NCBI GenBank assembly: GCA_040772365.1
Contig: JAXGYI010000002.1
Location: 2,762-66,761, forward strand
Origin: Candidatus Moraniibacteriota bacterium
Lineage (GTDB): Bacteria > Patescibacteriota > Minisyncoccia > Moranbacterales > GCA-2747515
Length of the DNA: 64,000 nt
Direction: 5' to 3'
Shown: positions 51,743-62,905 of the stretch, piece after piece
Layout of the letters: each line of letters starts with the position of its first letter
Numbering within the stretch: the stretch's first letter is position 1
Position numbers and translations under genes: made by a program
The notes under the pieces: generated by a model
What the model saw: the letters and a program-made list of their open reading frames with translations, nothing else
Database searches by the model: none
Told to the model about the DNA's origin: nothing

Positions 51743-53710
51743 TTAAATTGTCTGCACGGGATCAATGTCAATGGTCCACGGCATATTTTTTGTGGCAAGA
51801 TATGCGCGTAGTGCGGCGGAATGTGTGTGAGCAGTATTTTTGATAATGATCTGCATGCGGTGCTTACCACGCTGCTGCGCAATCAGTGGTACGTGCGGTT
51901 CGGAAATTCGTAGCGATGGTTCCGTGGCGGCAATAGCAATGAGATCAGCATAGGTAGCGGCAGTTGTTGCGCGCACATTACCGGGATCAGCATGGCGGTA
52001 GAGCATGCGAATCAATGATGCTGCTGGGGGAAATGCCAGTACCGTACGGACATCAGTTTCTGCTGCAATAAATCCATCAACATCAAAGGCGCAGGCCTGT
52101 GTAAGAACCCGGTTTTCCGGTTGAAATGTTTGGATGAGGAGTGTGCCACTGTGTGCACGTAGCGCCATTTGTAGTATAAATGCAAATGCTTTCTCATTGA
52201 CGTCGTAGGAAGGGAAACTCAAGAGATTATCCATATCGATGATGACACTTAATCCGATGGATGCGGTGCTCCATCCCTTTGTAATCATCTGCGTACCGAT
52301 GAGGATGTCAATTTCTCCGTCTGTAAAATCGCGGTAGAGTTTTTCATAAGCACCACTTTTTTTCATTGTGGTGGCATCGGCAACGGCATAACGTGCTGTG
52401 GGAAAAATTTTTGCCAATGCGCGACGAATGCGTGCTGTGCCAATACCGACATGTGTCCATGGCTTATGACAGTGATGGCATGTATGTGCAACACTTTGCA
52501 CACGACACTGTGGACAAAAAAATAATGTGGGTGTCAGTGTCATCAGTGTGCGCGCACATGTTGGGCAATGTGCCACACGTCGACATGCACTGCACACAGC
52601 AAATGCACTCTCACCTTGCCGATTGACAAAAATCAGGACTTTTTTCTTAGCAGTCAGCATGGTTCCAATCTGTGTCACGAGTGTGCGCGAGAGGGGAGAG
52701 GTATTTTTATCCCATCGCTCTTTTTTCATATCGACAACAATGATCCGCGGTGGTGAGGGCTGTGGGAGTGTAAGAGTGTGGACAGTGGTATCGGCGTGGT
52801 CGATGATACGTGGTGTAGCGGATGTAAAAATCAGCGTGGCTCCACAGTGTAGTGCAAGGTGACGCACAACGGTACGCGCATCAAAAAGTGGATAGTGTTC
52901 CCACTGCTTGTGAGAGTTGTCGTGCGCTTCATCAACAATGATCATTGCAAGCGTGTGAAATGGCAGGAAGATTGCACGGCGTGTGCCAATGACAATGCGA
53001 ATGGTATGATCACGAACGCCTTCCCAGATACGATCAGAGGCGCCTTTACTAAGCTTGCCATGCACCACGGCAATGGCCGTTTGTGGAAAAAAACGAGAGA
53101 AGAACGCTTCAATTGCCGGTACATGCATCAGTTCTGGAACAAGATAGAGTGCTTGACCATGTGACTGTGTGAAGAGGCGCTGTAGTACGTGGATGAGGAT
53201 AGACATTTTATCTGTTTGCGCATAGGCGTGGAGGAAGAAGTGCCGTGCTGTTGGCGTGGCGGATGTGATTGTTGCAGCACACGCTTTTTGCGCGGGCGTG
53301 AGACGTACAGAACCTGGACGATGTGCTGTGTCTGGTGATGGTGGTACTGTTCGCCACCGCACGCGATGAGGGATGTAGTGCGGTAGAACGATGCCAAGGG
53401 GGCAGAGGTAGTATGTGGAGATGAACTGTGCCATGGTAATCTGTGCGGCAGTCAGGCACGGCTCTTTCAGAACGCGTCGTATCGGTTTCACAGTGAATTT
53501 TTTCGTAGATGCTGTGGATACGTGCGTGGCGTCAGTGCAAGAAAGGACGATGCCGTGTACGATGCGCTTCCCAACAGGAATACTCACAAGTGCTCCAGTA
53601 GCAATGGCACGCCGTGCCGTATAAGAAAATGCCTGATCGCGCGTCAGGGCAATGCGGATAAGTGGTGCAACAGTAAGGATGTACGAGTGCGGTGTCAATG
53701 GCGTGCGCAT
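51743..53710 (-). CDS. priA: Primosomal protein N' (PriA), Walker A degenerate
   Basis: LVPE, IVIGTRRAIFLP, VDEAHD, SATP, CxxC zinc clusters, DILIGTQMITKG, WTIDIDP. Confidence 0.92.
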   Translation of the reverse strand: MRTPLTPHSYILTVAPLIRIALTRDQAFSYTARRAIATGALVSIPVGKRIVHGIVLSCTDATHVSTASTKKFTVKPIRRVLKEPCLTAAQITMAQFISTYYLCPLGIVLPHYIPHRVRWRTVPPSPDTAHRPGSVRLTPAQKACAATITSATPTARHFFLHAYAQTDKMSILIHVLQRLFTQSHGQALYLVPELMHVPAIEAFFSRFFPQTAIAVVHGKLSKGASDRIWEGVRDHTIRIVIGTRRAIFLPFHTLAMIIVDEAHDNSHKQWEHYPLFDARTVVRHLALHCGATLIFTSATPRIIDHADTTVHTLTLPQPSPPRIIVVDMKKERWDKNTSPLSRTLVTQIGTMLTAKKKVLIFVNRQGESAFAVCSACRRVAHCPTCARTLMTLTPTLFFCPQCRVQSVAHTCHHCHKPWTHVGIGTARIRRALAKIFPTARYAVADATTMKKSGAYEKLYRDFTDGEIDILIGTQMITKGWSTASIGLSVIIDMDNLLSFPSYDVNEKAFAFILQMALRAHSGTLLIQTFQPENRVLTQACAFDVDGFIAAETDVRTVLAFPPAASLIRMLYRHADPGNVRATTAATYADLIAIAATEPSLRISEPHVPLIAQQRGKHRMQIIIKNTAHTHSAALRAYLATKNMPWTIDIDPVQTI

Positions 53711-53798
53711 AGTGTTTTCTTGAAAAAATACCTTGTGACTGTTATGATGCACAGAGAGAATGTCTCCCATCTCTATCTATCATACTACGATATCTCTT

Positions 53799-54362
53799 AT
53801 GGAACGCAAGAACATCACCATTGGCATTGACGTGGAGCCCCATATCAAGAAAAAAATTGCATCTGTCACAGCGCAGTGGAAAGACGCGCCGATTAAGTGG
53901 CATCCCGTGGATGGGCTGCATGTGGTGCTGGCGCACATCGGATGGGTAAATGAGGATGATCTATCCACAATCCTTGCCGCCGTGACTGATGTGGCGCAGC
54001 AAACAGTAATGTTTGATGTACGCTTCACACGTATTGCTGCTACACATAAAAATCCGCATATCACAGATCCTGCACAGTACAACATCGTGCGTTTAGAAGG
54101 TGACGTGAGTGAGTCTTTACGCATTCTCCATGCGCGACTGCACGATGCACTGCACATTACCATAAAACCAAAAAAACATTTTCGTCCCTATGTGACAATT
54201 GGACAGATGCGTGTGACGCAATGGCAGTTGGCAGAGCAACGTCCCATCATTGATCTGCCAGTGGATCTTGTGATGGATGTGGTACAGATAAGTGTTTTGG
54301 ACCACGTGGAGCATAATGGTGTGTGGACGTTTGCGCCATATGACTGTGTGTCGCTGATCTAA
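53799..54362 (+). CDS. 2H phosphoesterase (ThpR/LigT-like) with degenerate HxT motifs
   Basis: IKWHPVDGLHVVLAHIG and FRPYVTIG. Confidence 0.78.
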   Translation: MERKNITIGIDVEPHIKKKIASVTAQWKDAPIKWHPVDGLHVVLAHIGWVNEDDLSTILAAVTDVAQQTVMFDVRFTRIAATHKNPHITDPAQYNIVRLEGDVSESLRILHARLHDALHITIKPKKHFRPYVTIGQMRVTQWQLAEQRPIIDLPVDLVMDVVQISVLDHVEHNGVWTFAPYDCVSLI

Positions 54363-54370
54363 TTTGTAGT

Positions 54371-55186
54371 GTGCAGGACGACATGATAGATCGTGGAGAG
54401 CATGGAAAGACGTACTCACTCTGTGGCATCGCCGTGGCGCCGCTGGCAACACGTCATGACGCTATGGAACGTGTACGACAGCATCTCCGTAGCGGTTACG
54501 GTGTACTGCACATTGTGACGGTAAATCCGGAGATTCTTTTACGTACACATCGCGATGCACATTATCGCGCAACAGTTGCTGCGGCACAGATGCGCACGAT
54601 TGATGGTTTTGGCGTTATTATGGCACTGTGGTGGCGTTATCGCATACGGGCACAACGTGTTACTGGTGTAGATCTTCTGTCCTCTATATGCAGCATGGCC
54701 GCGCAGAACAATTTTCGGGTACACTGTGCCGTGCGATCAGATGGGCTGTCACCTGCTACGCTAGTTGAAGAGGTACTCCGTACACGCTATCCCGGTCTTG
54801 TCATTACAGCACATGCATATACTGTTGCAGAAAAGCATGGTGGTATAGTGTGTGACCTTGCGCCTGATGTCTCTAGTGCAGATATCGTGCTCTGTGGATT
54901 TGGGGCGCCTGCACAAGAATACTTTCTTCAATCTCTCAGTCGTGCAGGTCGGAGACATGTAGCAATTGGTGTTGGCGGCGCATTTGATTTTTTGACGGGC
55001 ACGGTGTGTCGTGCTCCGCATGTGATGCGTCGCTACGGCATTGAATGGCTGTGGCGGGTGGCGGTGCAACCTCTCCGGATAGTGCGGATTGTGCGTGCTA
55101 CCATCATCTTTCCGTGCGTTATTCTTTTTCGTAGGGATGCGAGAGATGTTGTAGTGATTGGGCAAAAGAGGAAACCTAGTGTATGA
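54371..55186 (+). CDS. WecB/TagA/CpsF family glycosyltransferase
   Basis: IVTVNPE, DGFG, RVTGVDL, FGAPAQE, GVGGAFDF, GIEWLWR. Confidence 0.92.
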   Translation: MQDDMIDRGEHGKTYSLCGIAVAPLATRHDAMERVRQHLRSGYGVLHIVTVNPEILLRTHRDAHYRATVAAAQMRTIDGFGVIMALWWRYRIRAQRVTGVDLLSSICSMAAQNNFRVHCAVRSDGLSPATLVEEVLRTRYPGLVITAHAYTVAEKHGGIVCDLAPDVSSADIVLCGFGAPAQEYFLQSLSRAGRRHVAIGVGGAFDFLTGTVCRAPHVMRRYGIEWLWRVAVQPLRIVRIVRATIIFPCVILFRRDARDVVVIGQKRKPSV

Positions 55187-55764
55187 TAAATCCGTTGTTT
55201 AAGAATAGCTCTATGACGACAGCAAGAGGTTTTTCTAAAATCATCATTCTCCTCCTCCTTTTTTTTATTAGTGCCTATATCGCTATGGCGTATTTTCAGG
55301 TGACACCACACAGTGTACGTGATGCCATACGTACGACAGGTCGTTCGCTCATTGGTGATGCACGGGATGCTGCTGTAGATCGGGCGGTAGAGGAGGGGCG
55401 CCAGGCTGTGGGAGAGAAACTGAAAAGCACAGGAGAGAAAATTCTTGGCACAGATGCACCGCCGGGGCAGTTTACCTCATATACTACAGATCTCGTAGGT
55501 GTGCAGCCATACACGATCATCTTTTTTACGGGTACATCGTGCACAGTGTGTGCTGCGGTGCACGCGCATATCAACAGTCATCGCGATGCCATTCCTCACG
55601 ATGTGATGATTTTGGAAGCCTCCTACGATGATGATGCGCTCCGTCAAGAATTTGCCGTACATGAGCCAGCAACATTTATCCTTGTGGATCACGCTGGATC
55701 GGAAATGAAGCGCTGGACCAATACACACACACTAGACGCCGTGCTCTCCGAAGTGCCGCGCTAG
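55183..55764 (+). CDS. Membrane-anchored thioredoxin-fold protein
   Basis: N-terminal TM; FFTGTSCTVC; PATFILVD. Confidence 0.75.
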   Translation: MINPLFKNSSMTTARGFSKIIILLLLFFISAYIAMAYFQVTPHSVRDAIRTTGRSLIGDARDAAVDRAVEEGRQAVGEKLKSTGEKILGTDAPPGQFTSYTTDLVGVQPYTIIFFTGTSCTVCAAVHAHINSHRDAIPHDVMILEASYDDDALRQEFAVHEPATFILVDHAGSEMKRWTNTHTLDAVLSEVPR

Positions 55765-55802
55765 GTGATTGACGTGTTTATTTCTAAGTACTCATTCTAC
55801 GT

Positions 55803-56954
55803 ATGAAGAATCTTTATGCCGATTCCATTGCACTCCATGCCGCACATCACGGTAAGATTGCCACAGCAACAACCGTGCCATTAGAAAAAAAAGATGATCT
55901 CGCCATAGCATATTCACCTGGCGTCGCTGCAGTATGTCAGGCAATTGCCGCACGACCAGCTGATGCGCGCACACTGACAATTAAACACAACACGATTGCC
56001 ATTATTTCTGATGGGAGCGCAATTCTAGGTCTGGGGAATCTTGGCGCCGCACCAGCTATCCCTGTGATGGAGGGTAAGGCAGCGCTTTTTAAGCGCTTTG
56101 GCGACGTAGATGCTTTTCCGATTTGCTTAGATACACAGGACCCAGAAGAAATTATTGAAACAGTCCATCGTATTGCACCAGTTTTTGGAGGTATTAATTT
56201 AGAAGATATTAGTGCACCGCGTTGCTTTGGTATTGAGCAGCGCCTACGTGCAGAGCTTGATATTCCTGTCATGCATGATGATCAGCACGGTACGGCAACG
56301 GTTGTACTTGCTGGATTGATGAATGCGCTAAAAATTCGCGGAGGTACACCGGACACACTACGCATTGTGATCAGCGGCGTTGGTGCTGCAGGCATTGCCA
56401 TTGCGAACATCATGGAAGCATGGGGCGTGCGTGACATTGTGCTATGTGATAGCAAGGGTGTGATCTCACAGCAGCGTACAGATTTAACAGACATCAAGAA
56501 GATGATGTGCGCCAAGACTAATCCACGTGGCATTGTCGGCACATGTGCCGACGCCCTTGTTGGTGCAGATGTTTTTATCGGCGTTTCCGTTGCGGGTGCA
56601 CTAACACCTGCACACATTGCAACCATGGCAAAGGATCCGATTATTTTTGCCCTGGCTAATCCTGAACCAGAAATTATGCCAGATGCAGCTCGGAAAGCAG
56701 GTGCGCGAATCATTGCAACAGGACGTAGCGATTTTCCGAACCAGGTGAATAACGTCCTTGCGTTCCCTGGACTTTTTCGAGGTGCACTAGATCACAACAT
56801 CGGACAATTTACACCGGAGATTTTTATGTGTGCGGCACAGGCGATTGCAGGGCACGTTGCAGAACCAACGGCTGAGGAAATCATTCCAGACCCGTTTACA
56901 CCGCATATGGCACATACCATTGCTGATGCTATCGGCAATTACGTACGGAAGTAA
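55803..56954 (+). CDS. NAD(P)-dependent malic enzyme
   Basis: AYSPGVA, DGSAILGLGN, PVMEGK, INLEDI, HDDQHGT, ATGRSDFPNQVNN. Confidence 0.96.
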   Translation: MKNLYADSIALHAAHHGKIATATTVPLEKKDDLAIAYSPGVAAVCQAIAARPADARTLTIKHNTIAIISDGSAILGLGNLGAAPAIPVMEGKAALFKRFGDVDAFPICLDTQDPEEIIETVHRIAPVFGGINLEDISAPRCFGIEQRLRAELDIPVMHDDQHGTATVVLAGLMNALKIRGGTPDTLRIVISGVGAAGIAIANIMEAWGVRDIVLCDSKGVISQQRTDLTDIKKMMCAKTNPRGIVGTCADALVGADVFIGVSVAGALTPAHIATMAKDPIIFALANPEPEIMPDAARKAGARIIATGRSDFPNQVNNVLAFPGLFRGALDHNIGQFTPEIFMCAAQAIAGHVAEPTAEEIIPDPFTPHMAHTIADAIGNYVRK

Positions 56955-57053
56955 CATGTTTTCAAAGCCTGTAGTGGACAGGTGGCACGTGTTGTGCTAT
57001 AGTAGTGGTTGGCGCAGTTATGTGTGCTGTCGTTTTATTGTAGAGATATTCTT

Positions 57054-58061
57054 ATGAAGAAAAAAATTATCAAGTGGCTGATATGGGGGATTCTTGCAGC
57101 GCTGATTGTGTTTTTTGTATGGCAGCGCTTTGCAGGACGGAGCGACAAAAACGCCCCCGAAGCATACCATGTGGGAAGAGGATCTGTCATAGAAACCGTG
57201 AGTGAGAGCGGCATACTGCAACCAGTGGAATATGTGAATCTCTCTTTTGAAATGCCCACCGTTTTGGAGTGGGTGGGTGTTGATGTTGGCGATCATGTCA
57301 CACAAGGACAGATCCTTGCTCGTGTAGATCGCGATCAGCTTGCTGCGCAAATTGCAAGTGCGCGTATCGGTGTGGAACAGGCCATTGAGGCGGAAAAACT
57401 TGCACGACGCAAGTGGGATCTTATGAAACCGGAGCAGCGTGAAAATGTGAAAAAGGATACTGCACAGGCCCGTACGCAGCTTGCCATTGCTCAGGCTGGG
57501 TGGCGTAAAACACAGCTGATTGCACCGATCAGTGGTGTTGTAACAGCGCAGAACGCTCGTGTGGGTGAGATTATGACGGGCACAGCACTACGCATCATTA
57601 ATCCTGACACAATGCGTGTAGAAGTGCTGATATCGGAGACGGATGTACCAAAATTATCTGTGGGACAGCAGGCAGAGCTAACATTTGATGCAATTGGAGA
57701 TACGACTTTTGACGCACATATCACACGTATTGACCCTGAAGCTACGATTGTGCAGGATGTTACCTACTACAAAGCGATTCTGCATCTTGCCCGCTACGAC
57801 GATCGGATGCGTCCAGGGATGAGTGTGGATGTGGATTTTATCGTATCGCAGCAACATGATGTTGTGACGGTGCCATTGCGTTTCGTGCGAGCAGATGATA
57901 CGGGAAATTTTGTATATGTACGCAATGCAGATGATGCAACATTTGACAAACGTTATATAGAACTGGGATCTGAGGGTGATAGCGGCAATGTGCATATTCG
58001 ATCCGGCCTGCAGGATGGTGAAGAAATTTTTGCAATCTATGACAAAGACACAACAAAGTAA
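57054..58061 (+). CDS. Efflux membrane-fusion (MacA-like) adaptor
   Basis: N-terminal TM, VDVGDHVTQGQIL, LIAPISGVV, MRPGMS. Confidence 0.9.
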   Translation: MKKKIIKWLIWGILAALIVFFVWQRFAGRSDKNAPEAYHVGRGSVIETVSESGILQPVEYVNLSFEMPTVLEWVGVDVGDHVTQGQILARVDRDQLAAQIASARIGVEQAIEAEKLARRKWDLMKPEQRENVKKDTAQARTQLAIAQAGWRKTQLIAPISGVVTAQNARVGEIMTGTALRIINPDTMRVEVLISETDVPKLSVGQQAELTFDAIGDTTFDAHITRIDPEATIVQDVTYYKAILHLARYDDRMRPGMSVDVDFIVSQQHDVVTVPLRFVRADDTGNFVYVRNADDATFDKRYIELGSEGDSGNVHIRSGLQDGEEIFAIYDKDTTK

Positions 58062-58842
58062 TAACGCAGATACCCTCGTTGTTTCCTGTAAGGACATTAC
58101 GAAGGAATATCTTATGGGCGAAACGATAACGACAGCACTTCGCGGTATCACGTGTGATATTGCGCGTGGGGAGTTCGTGTCCATTATGGGACCAAGTGGA
58201 TCAGGGAAGTCCACGCTCATGCACGTCTTGAGTCTCTTGGAGCCACCAACGAGTGGCACGTATTTTTTTTCTGGCGATGACGCGTTGGCTTTTGATGATG
58301 CTACCGTTGCGCGTCTCCGCAATCAAAAAATCGGATTCGTTTTTCAGTCCTTCAACCTCCTTGCTGGTGTTAGCGTCTATGAGAATGTTGAGCTACCGAT
58401 GTTGTATAACTTTTACTCTAAGACACACAGCGACCTACGTAGTATTATGCGAACACTGTTCCAGCGACGTCGTACGACAGAAAATGATCGCGTCATGCAG
58501 GTGTTGGATAGTGTAGGCATGCTGCACCGTGTCAATCACATGCCGCACCAATTATCTGGTGGTGAAAAGCAACGTGTCGCTATTGCACGTGCACTCATTA
58601 ACGATCCCGATGTGCTTTTTGCTGATGAGCCAACGGGGAATCTCGACTCCCGTGCGGGCACGCAGGTGTTAAAAATTCTTCAGGATTTAAATGCGACGGG
58701 ACATACGATCATTCTCGTCACACATGAACGTGCGACTGCTGAGCATGCAAAACGCGTCTTGACGATTATTGACGGTGTTGTGACCAGTGATGCGCACGTG
58801 ACGGAACGACGCTATGCAATGGCAGAAGAACTGACGAAGTAA
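58039..58842 (+). CDS. ABC transporter ATP-binding protein (MacB/LolD type)
   Basis: [33 protein letters not shown]. Confidence 0.96.
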   Translation: MTKTQQSNNADTLVVSCKDITKEYLMGETITTALRGITCDIARGEFVSIMGPSGSGKSTLMHVLSLLEPPTSGTYFFSGDDALAFDDATVARLRNQKIGFVFQSFNLLAGVSVYENVELPMLYNFYSKTHSDLRSIMRTLFQRRRTTENDRVMQVLDSVGMLHRVNHMPHQLSGGEKQRVAIARALINDPDVLFADEPTGNLDSRAGTQVLKILQDLNATGHTIILVTHERATAEHAKRVLTIIDGVVTSDAHVTERRYAMAEELTK

Positions 58843-58873
58843 GATGCATTCACGATACTAACCGTACGATACT

Positions 58874-60121
58874 ATGATGCGACAACTACTCTTATCATTG
58901 CGTATCACGTGGCAAAATTTTCTTGTGGCGAAAATGCGCATGTCACTGACAGTGCTTGGCATTATTGTTGGCATTGCAGCTGTGATGATCGTGATGAGTG
59001 TCGGTGCAAGTGCGCAAAATGTGATCCTAGATCAAATTCGTTCTATTGGTGCAAATCTTATAGGTATTTTACCAGGGTATTCTGAAGATGATGGTCCACC
59101 CGCCAGCGCCTATGGCGCTGTCATCACGACACTCACCACTGATGACCTAGAAGCAATTCGTGAGAAGAATAATGTGCCGGGTATTACTGCAGCGGCGGGC
59201 TACGTAACAGGGAACGGTGTGGTAAAATACAAGTCCTATGCAAAGTCACACACCTATCAGGGTGTCTCTGCAGAAGTGCAGCAGGTGGAGAATATGTCGC
59301 TTGCGTCAGGTCGATTTTTTACCATACAGGAAAATGATGCACGCGCTCGCGTTGCTGTCATCGGTGCAACGGTGGCACGCAACATTTTTGATCGCAGTGA
59401 CCCGCTGGGGAAGACCATTGCGCTTGGTGATAAGAATTTTCGTGTAGTTGGCGTGTTAAAACCAAAGGGCGCATCCATGCTATCAAACTTTGATGATACG
59501 GTCTACGTGCCACTTACAACGGCACAGAAAGATCTCCTAGGTATCTCCTATGTCAATTTTATCCGCATGCGTGCTATTGATGAGCATCACATTACACAGG
59601 TGGAGCACGATGTGGATATTTTACTGCGGTCACGTCATCATATCAAAGATGGGGAAGATGGTGATTTTAGCATCCGTGCCGCTGCATCAGCACTGGATAT
59701 GGTTACCAACATCACCAACATTATGAAATACTTCCTCATTGCTGTTGCCGGCGTCTCACTCGTGGTTGGTGGTATCGGGGTGATGAATATCATGTTCATT
59801 GCACTGTCACAGCGCATGCGTGAAATTGGTCTCCGTAAGGCACTCGGTGCTCGGCGTAAAGACATCATTGTGCAATTTCTGTTTGAAGCAACAATTATTG
59901 CGATTGCCGGAGGCGTGCTCGGGTTTCTTTGTGGATTGGGCGTGATCTACGGTGTTGCTGCAATTGCCTATGCCAAGGCATTCACATGGCATGCGGTGGT
60001 AACAGGTCCAATGGTGCTGATTGCATTAGCTATTGCTGTGGTCTTGGGTCTCTTATTTGGTATTTATCCAGCGCTACGTGCAGCGCGAGTCAGTCCAATG
60101 GAGGCACTGCGTTACGAATAA
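58874..60121 (+). CDS. MacB-type ABC permease
   Basis: LTVLGIIVGIAAV, VGGIGVMNIM, REIGLRKALGA, PMEALRYE. Confidence 0.95.
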   Translation: MMRQLLLSLRITWQNFLVAKMRMSLTVLGIIVGIAAVMIVMSVGASAQNVILDQIRSIGANLIGILPGYSEDDGPPASAYGAVITTLTTDDLEAIREKNNVPGITAAAGYVTGNGVVKYKSYAKSHTYQGVSAEVQQVENMSLASGRFFTIQENDARARVAVIGATVARNIFDRSDPLGKTIALGDKNFRVVGVLKPKGASMLSNFDDTVYVPLTTAQKDLLGISYVNFIRMRAIDEHHITQVEHDVDILLRSRHHIKDGEDGDFSIRAAASALDMVTNITNIMKYFLIAVAGVSLVVGGIGVMNIMFIALSQRMREIGLRKALGARRKDIIVQFLFEATIIAIAGGVLGFLCGLGVIYGVAAIAYAKAFTWHAVVTGPMVLIALAIAVVLGLLFGIYPALRAARVSPMEALRYE

Positions 60122-60129
60122 TCTACTCT

Positions 60130-61389
60130 ATGGTACACCTGTTTGGTCTCATGCGCATATCATTTAAAAGCCTGTTTTCCCATACGGGGCGAACAGTGTT
60201 AACGCTGTCTGGTATCATCGTGAGTGTCATAGCGATTATGAGCGTTGTGACGTTGGGTGAATCACTACGCAACTATGTCACTAAGGAGGTGGAGTCGTTT
60301 GGCACGGATACGATTCAGGTGGAAGTTTCTGTGCCGGAGACGGGGCGCGTGTCTGCGGAAAATGGAGCAGCACAGGCAATGGGCGTACAGATTACAACGC
60401 TGACAGATCGCGACGCAGAAGCTATTGCACTTTTGCCAGATGTGGCAGCATATAACATTGGCGTCATCGGACAGACGCGCACAACCTATGCCAATAAAAA
60501 ACGCTACACGATGATTTTGGGATCGTCGTCCACTGCGCCAATTGTGGATTCCAATATTGTACTAGATGCCGGACGATTTTTCTCTGCAGAAGAGGAGAAG
60601 TCTGCAATGAATGTGGTTGTACTTGGGTCAGATGTTGCTGAAGCTTTTGCCGGTGACCACACTGCAGATCTCGTAGGGCAGCGTATTACCGTCAACAGTA
60701 GTAAGTACCTTGTCGTGGGCATTGCCAAGAAGCGCGGTGCAACATTTGGCGTATCTTTTGACGATATGATTTACATGCCGTATACGACACTCCAGAAAAA
60801 AATTCTTGGCATTAAGCATATCAGTTATATTACAGTTAAAGCTACCGATCCTGCACATGTGGATCGCGCAGCACAAACAATCCGCACACTTCTCCGTCTC
60901 CGTCACGGCATTAAGACAGAGGCAGCGGAAGATTTTTCCGTGACAACGATTACAGAAGCACAGGAGATTCTTGGTACAATTTTAGGTAGCATGAATATTC
61001 TCTTATTGGCACTGGCGTCGGTATCTCTCGTAGTTGGGGGTATTGGCATTATGAATATTATGTTGGTATCCATTGAAGAGCGGCGACGTGAGATTGGACT
61101 ACGTAAAGCTCTCGGTGCGCGCAAGAATGATATGATTGTGCAATTTCTTATTGAGTCAGTGATGATTGCCTGTGCTGGAGCGCTCATCGGTGTGGTTATT
61201 ACTGTAATCCTTTTATCAGCAGCGTTTAGTGGTATTCAGTATGCAGGATTTGACTCTATTCATTTCTACATCCCCACAAAAGCCATTCTCATTGCACTGC
61301 TCTTTTCTATTTCAACAGGGATAGTTTTTGGCGTCTATCCAGCACGTCGTGCAACACAGATTTCTCCCATGGAAGCCCTAGCATCATAG
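60130..61389 (+). CDS. MacB-type ABC permease, second paralogue
   Basis: VGGIGIMNIM, REIGLRKALGA, YPARRA..ISPMEAL. Confidence 0.94.
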   Translation: MVHLFGLMRISFKSLFSHTGRTVLTLSGIIVSVIAIMSVVTLGESLRNYVTKEVESFGTDTIQVEVSVPETGRVSAENGAAQAMGVQITTLTDRDAEAIALLPDVAAYNIGVIGQTRTTYANKKRYTMILGSSSTAPIVDSNIVLDAGRFFSAEEEKSAMNVVVLGSDVAEAFAGDHTADLVGQRITVNSSKYLVVGIAKKRGATFGVSFDDMIYMPYTTLQKKILGIKHISYITVKATDPAHVDRAAQTIRTLLRLRHGIKTEAAEDFSVTTITEAQEILGTILGSMNILLLALASVSLVVGGIGIMNIMLVSIEERRREIGLRKALGARKNDMIVQFLIESVMIACAGALIGVVITVILLSAAFSGIQYAGFDSIHFYIPTKAILIALLFSISTGIVFGVYPARRATQISPMEALAS

Positions 61390-61444
61390 TTGACACACAA
61401 AAAAAACCGCATCCCACTACAGGATGCGGTATGATCTATATATG

Positions 61445-61741
61445 CTAGCGACGCTTTTTCTTTCCACTGCTTTTCACAACTGCTGTCACTGCAGCGCCGA
61501 TCGCCGCACCAATACCAGCAGCGATTGCTGCAGATTTCTCTGGATTCTTTTTAATATAGGTCACGACGCTTTTCTCTGCTTTGGCAATCTCCTTTTTTGC
61601 CTTGGCAAGATTGCGTTCCATCATTTTTTGTGCTTTTTCTATTTCTTTTTGTGCCTTTGCTTTTGCACGTTCCGCCTCTTTTCTTGCCGCATCCTTTACG
61701 TTTGCTGCAAGCTCTTTGGGGGGTTTTTGTACAGCCGCCAT
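61445..61741 (-). CDS. Lys/Ala-rich protein with DUF883 (YqjD/ElaB)-like C-terminal anchor
   Basis: YIKKNPEKSAAIAAGIGAAIG + basic tail; terminator hairpin at 61406..61430. Confidence 0.72.
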   Translation of the reverse strand: MAAVQKPPKELAANVKDAARKEAERAKAKAQKEIEKAQKMMERNLAKAKKEIAKAEKSVVTYIKKNPEKSAAIAAGIGAAIGAAVTAVVKSSGKKKRR

Positions 61742-61845
61742 AGCGATGTGTATTACATATTATTCTTTCCTATAGTGTAGCACACTTTTCAAGAGGACGC
61801 GAGGGTGTCACAGTGTAGAGGTGTCCGCTGGGCAAAGGCGAGTTC

Positions 61846-61874
61846 TTGACAAATCATCATATTTCTGCTATAAT
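61846..61874 (+). promoter_or_regulatory. Sigma70 promoter
   Basis: TTGACA-17 nt-TATAAT with TGn extension. Confidence 0.75.
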
Positions 61875-61945
61875 TTACTGTTCTGCGATTTTTAGTAATA
61901 ACTGCACAAATCGTGCTACGCAGATTATTTGATGGCATAAGAGAT

Positions 61946-62905
61946 ATGATGAAGACCTGGAGAAACTATTGTCATACGCACTGGCGTATCATCATTCTAG
62001 CAACACTTGTTGGTGCTGTTTTGGCATTTACAACTGTGGCGCTGATTCCTGCAAAATTTCAAACAGAAATGCAGATTCTTATTGTACAGAACCACCATGC
62101 GGATCGCGATGATACATCGGCTGCCTTGCGGCTGACAGCATACTTCACACATGTCATGAAGAACTCTATCCATACGACGTCTTTTTTTCACAAAGTACAG
62201 GAAGCGCCGTTTGCTGTGAGAAAAACATTTACAGATGACCCTGCTGTGCGACAGAAGCAATGGAAGTCTGCCGTGCGCGTTGTAGCACATGAGGAGTCTG
62301 GCATGATCCGTGTACGTGTCACAGACACTTCGCGAACAACGGCAGAAGAAACTGCCAAGGGCATTGCCTATGTTCTCACAACAAAAAACCACGACTATCG
62401 CGGCGCAAACGATGGGCTTGTGGTGCGTATGGTTGATGGACCGACAACGCCACTGACACCAACATTACCGCGTATTACACCGTGGACGATTTTTGGCGCC
62501 GTTGTTGGATGTAGCACTGCCTGGATATTCATCATCTTCTTCCCACACCTCTTGCCACACAAAGCAGTGGGTAGGCAAGAGCAGTCACTCCGCGGCGTAC
62601 GACATGATGATGAGATGCAAGCGGACTTAGCATTTGTCCAGAAGCGCGATGACGATCCTGTAAGTGAGAGTGCTATACGCACACATTTTCGTCCTGTTGC
62701 GCAACGTACCGAGCCGCGTAATCTTCCCATCGCTGATCAGACACTTCTCGCCGCAGACGTTGCAGCGCCTATGGCGGATGATGACGTCACAGCGCTCGTT
62801 ACTGACGATCGTGACGATGTTGCAGCACTACCGCGCGAAGCGGACGCCGAGGTGGAAGATCTCCATGCACAGATCACGGCATTTCACAAAAATAATCCAT
62901 CATAA
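61946..62905 (+). CDS. Wzz/YveK-like polysaccharide chain-length family protein
   Basis: WRIIIL TM, PAKFQTEMQILIV, second TM after Pro-rich motif, acidic tail. Confidence 0.7.
   Translation: MMKTWRNYCHTHWRIIILATLVGAVLAFTTVALIPAKFQTEMQILIVQNHHADRDDTSAALRLTAYFTHVMKNSIHTTSFFHKVQEAPFAVRKTFTDDPAVRQKQWKSAVRVVAHEESGMIRVRVTDTSRTTAEETAKGIAYVLTTKNHDYRGANDGLVVRMVDGPTTPLTPTLPRITPWTIFGAVVGCSTAWIFIIFFPHLLPHKAVGRQEQSLRGVRHDDEMQADLAFVQKRDDDPVSESAIRTHFRPVAQRTEPRNLPIADQTLLAADVAAPMADDDVTALVTDDRDDVAALPREADAEVEDLHAQITAFHKNNPS

Noticed and set aside
57054-61389. MacAB-type cassette with two permeases as a novel system
   Set aside because: This arrangement is common in CPR and other bacteria.
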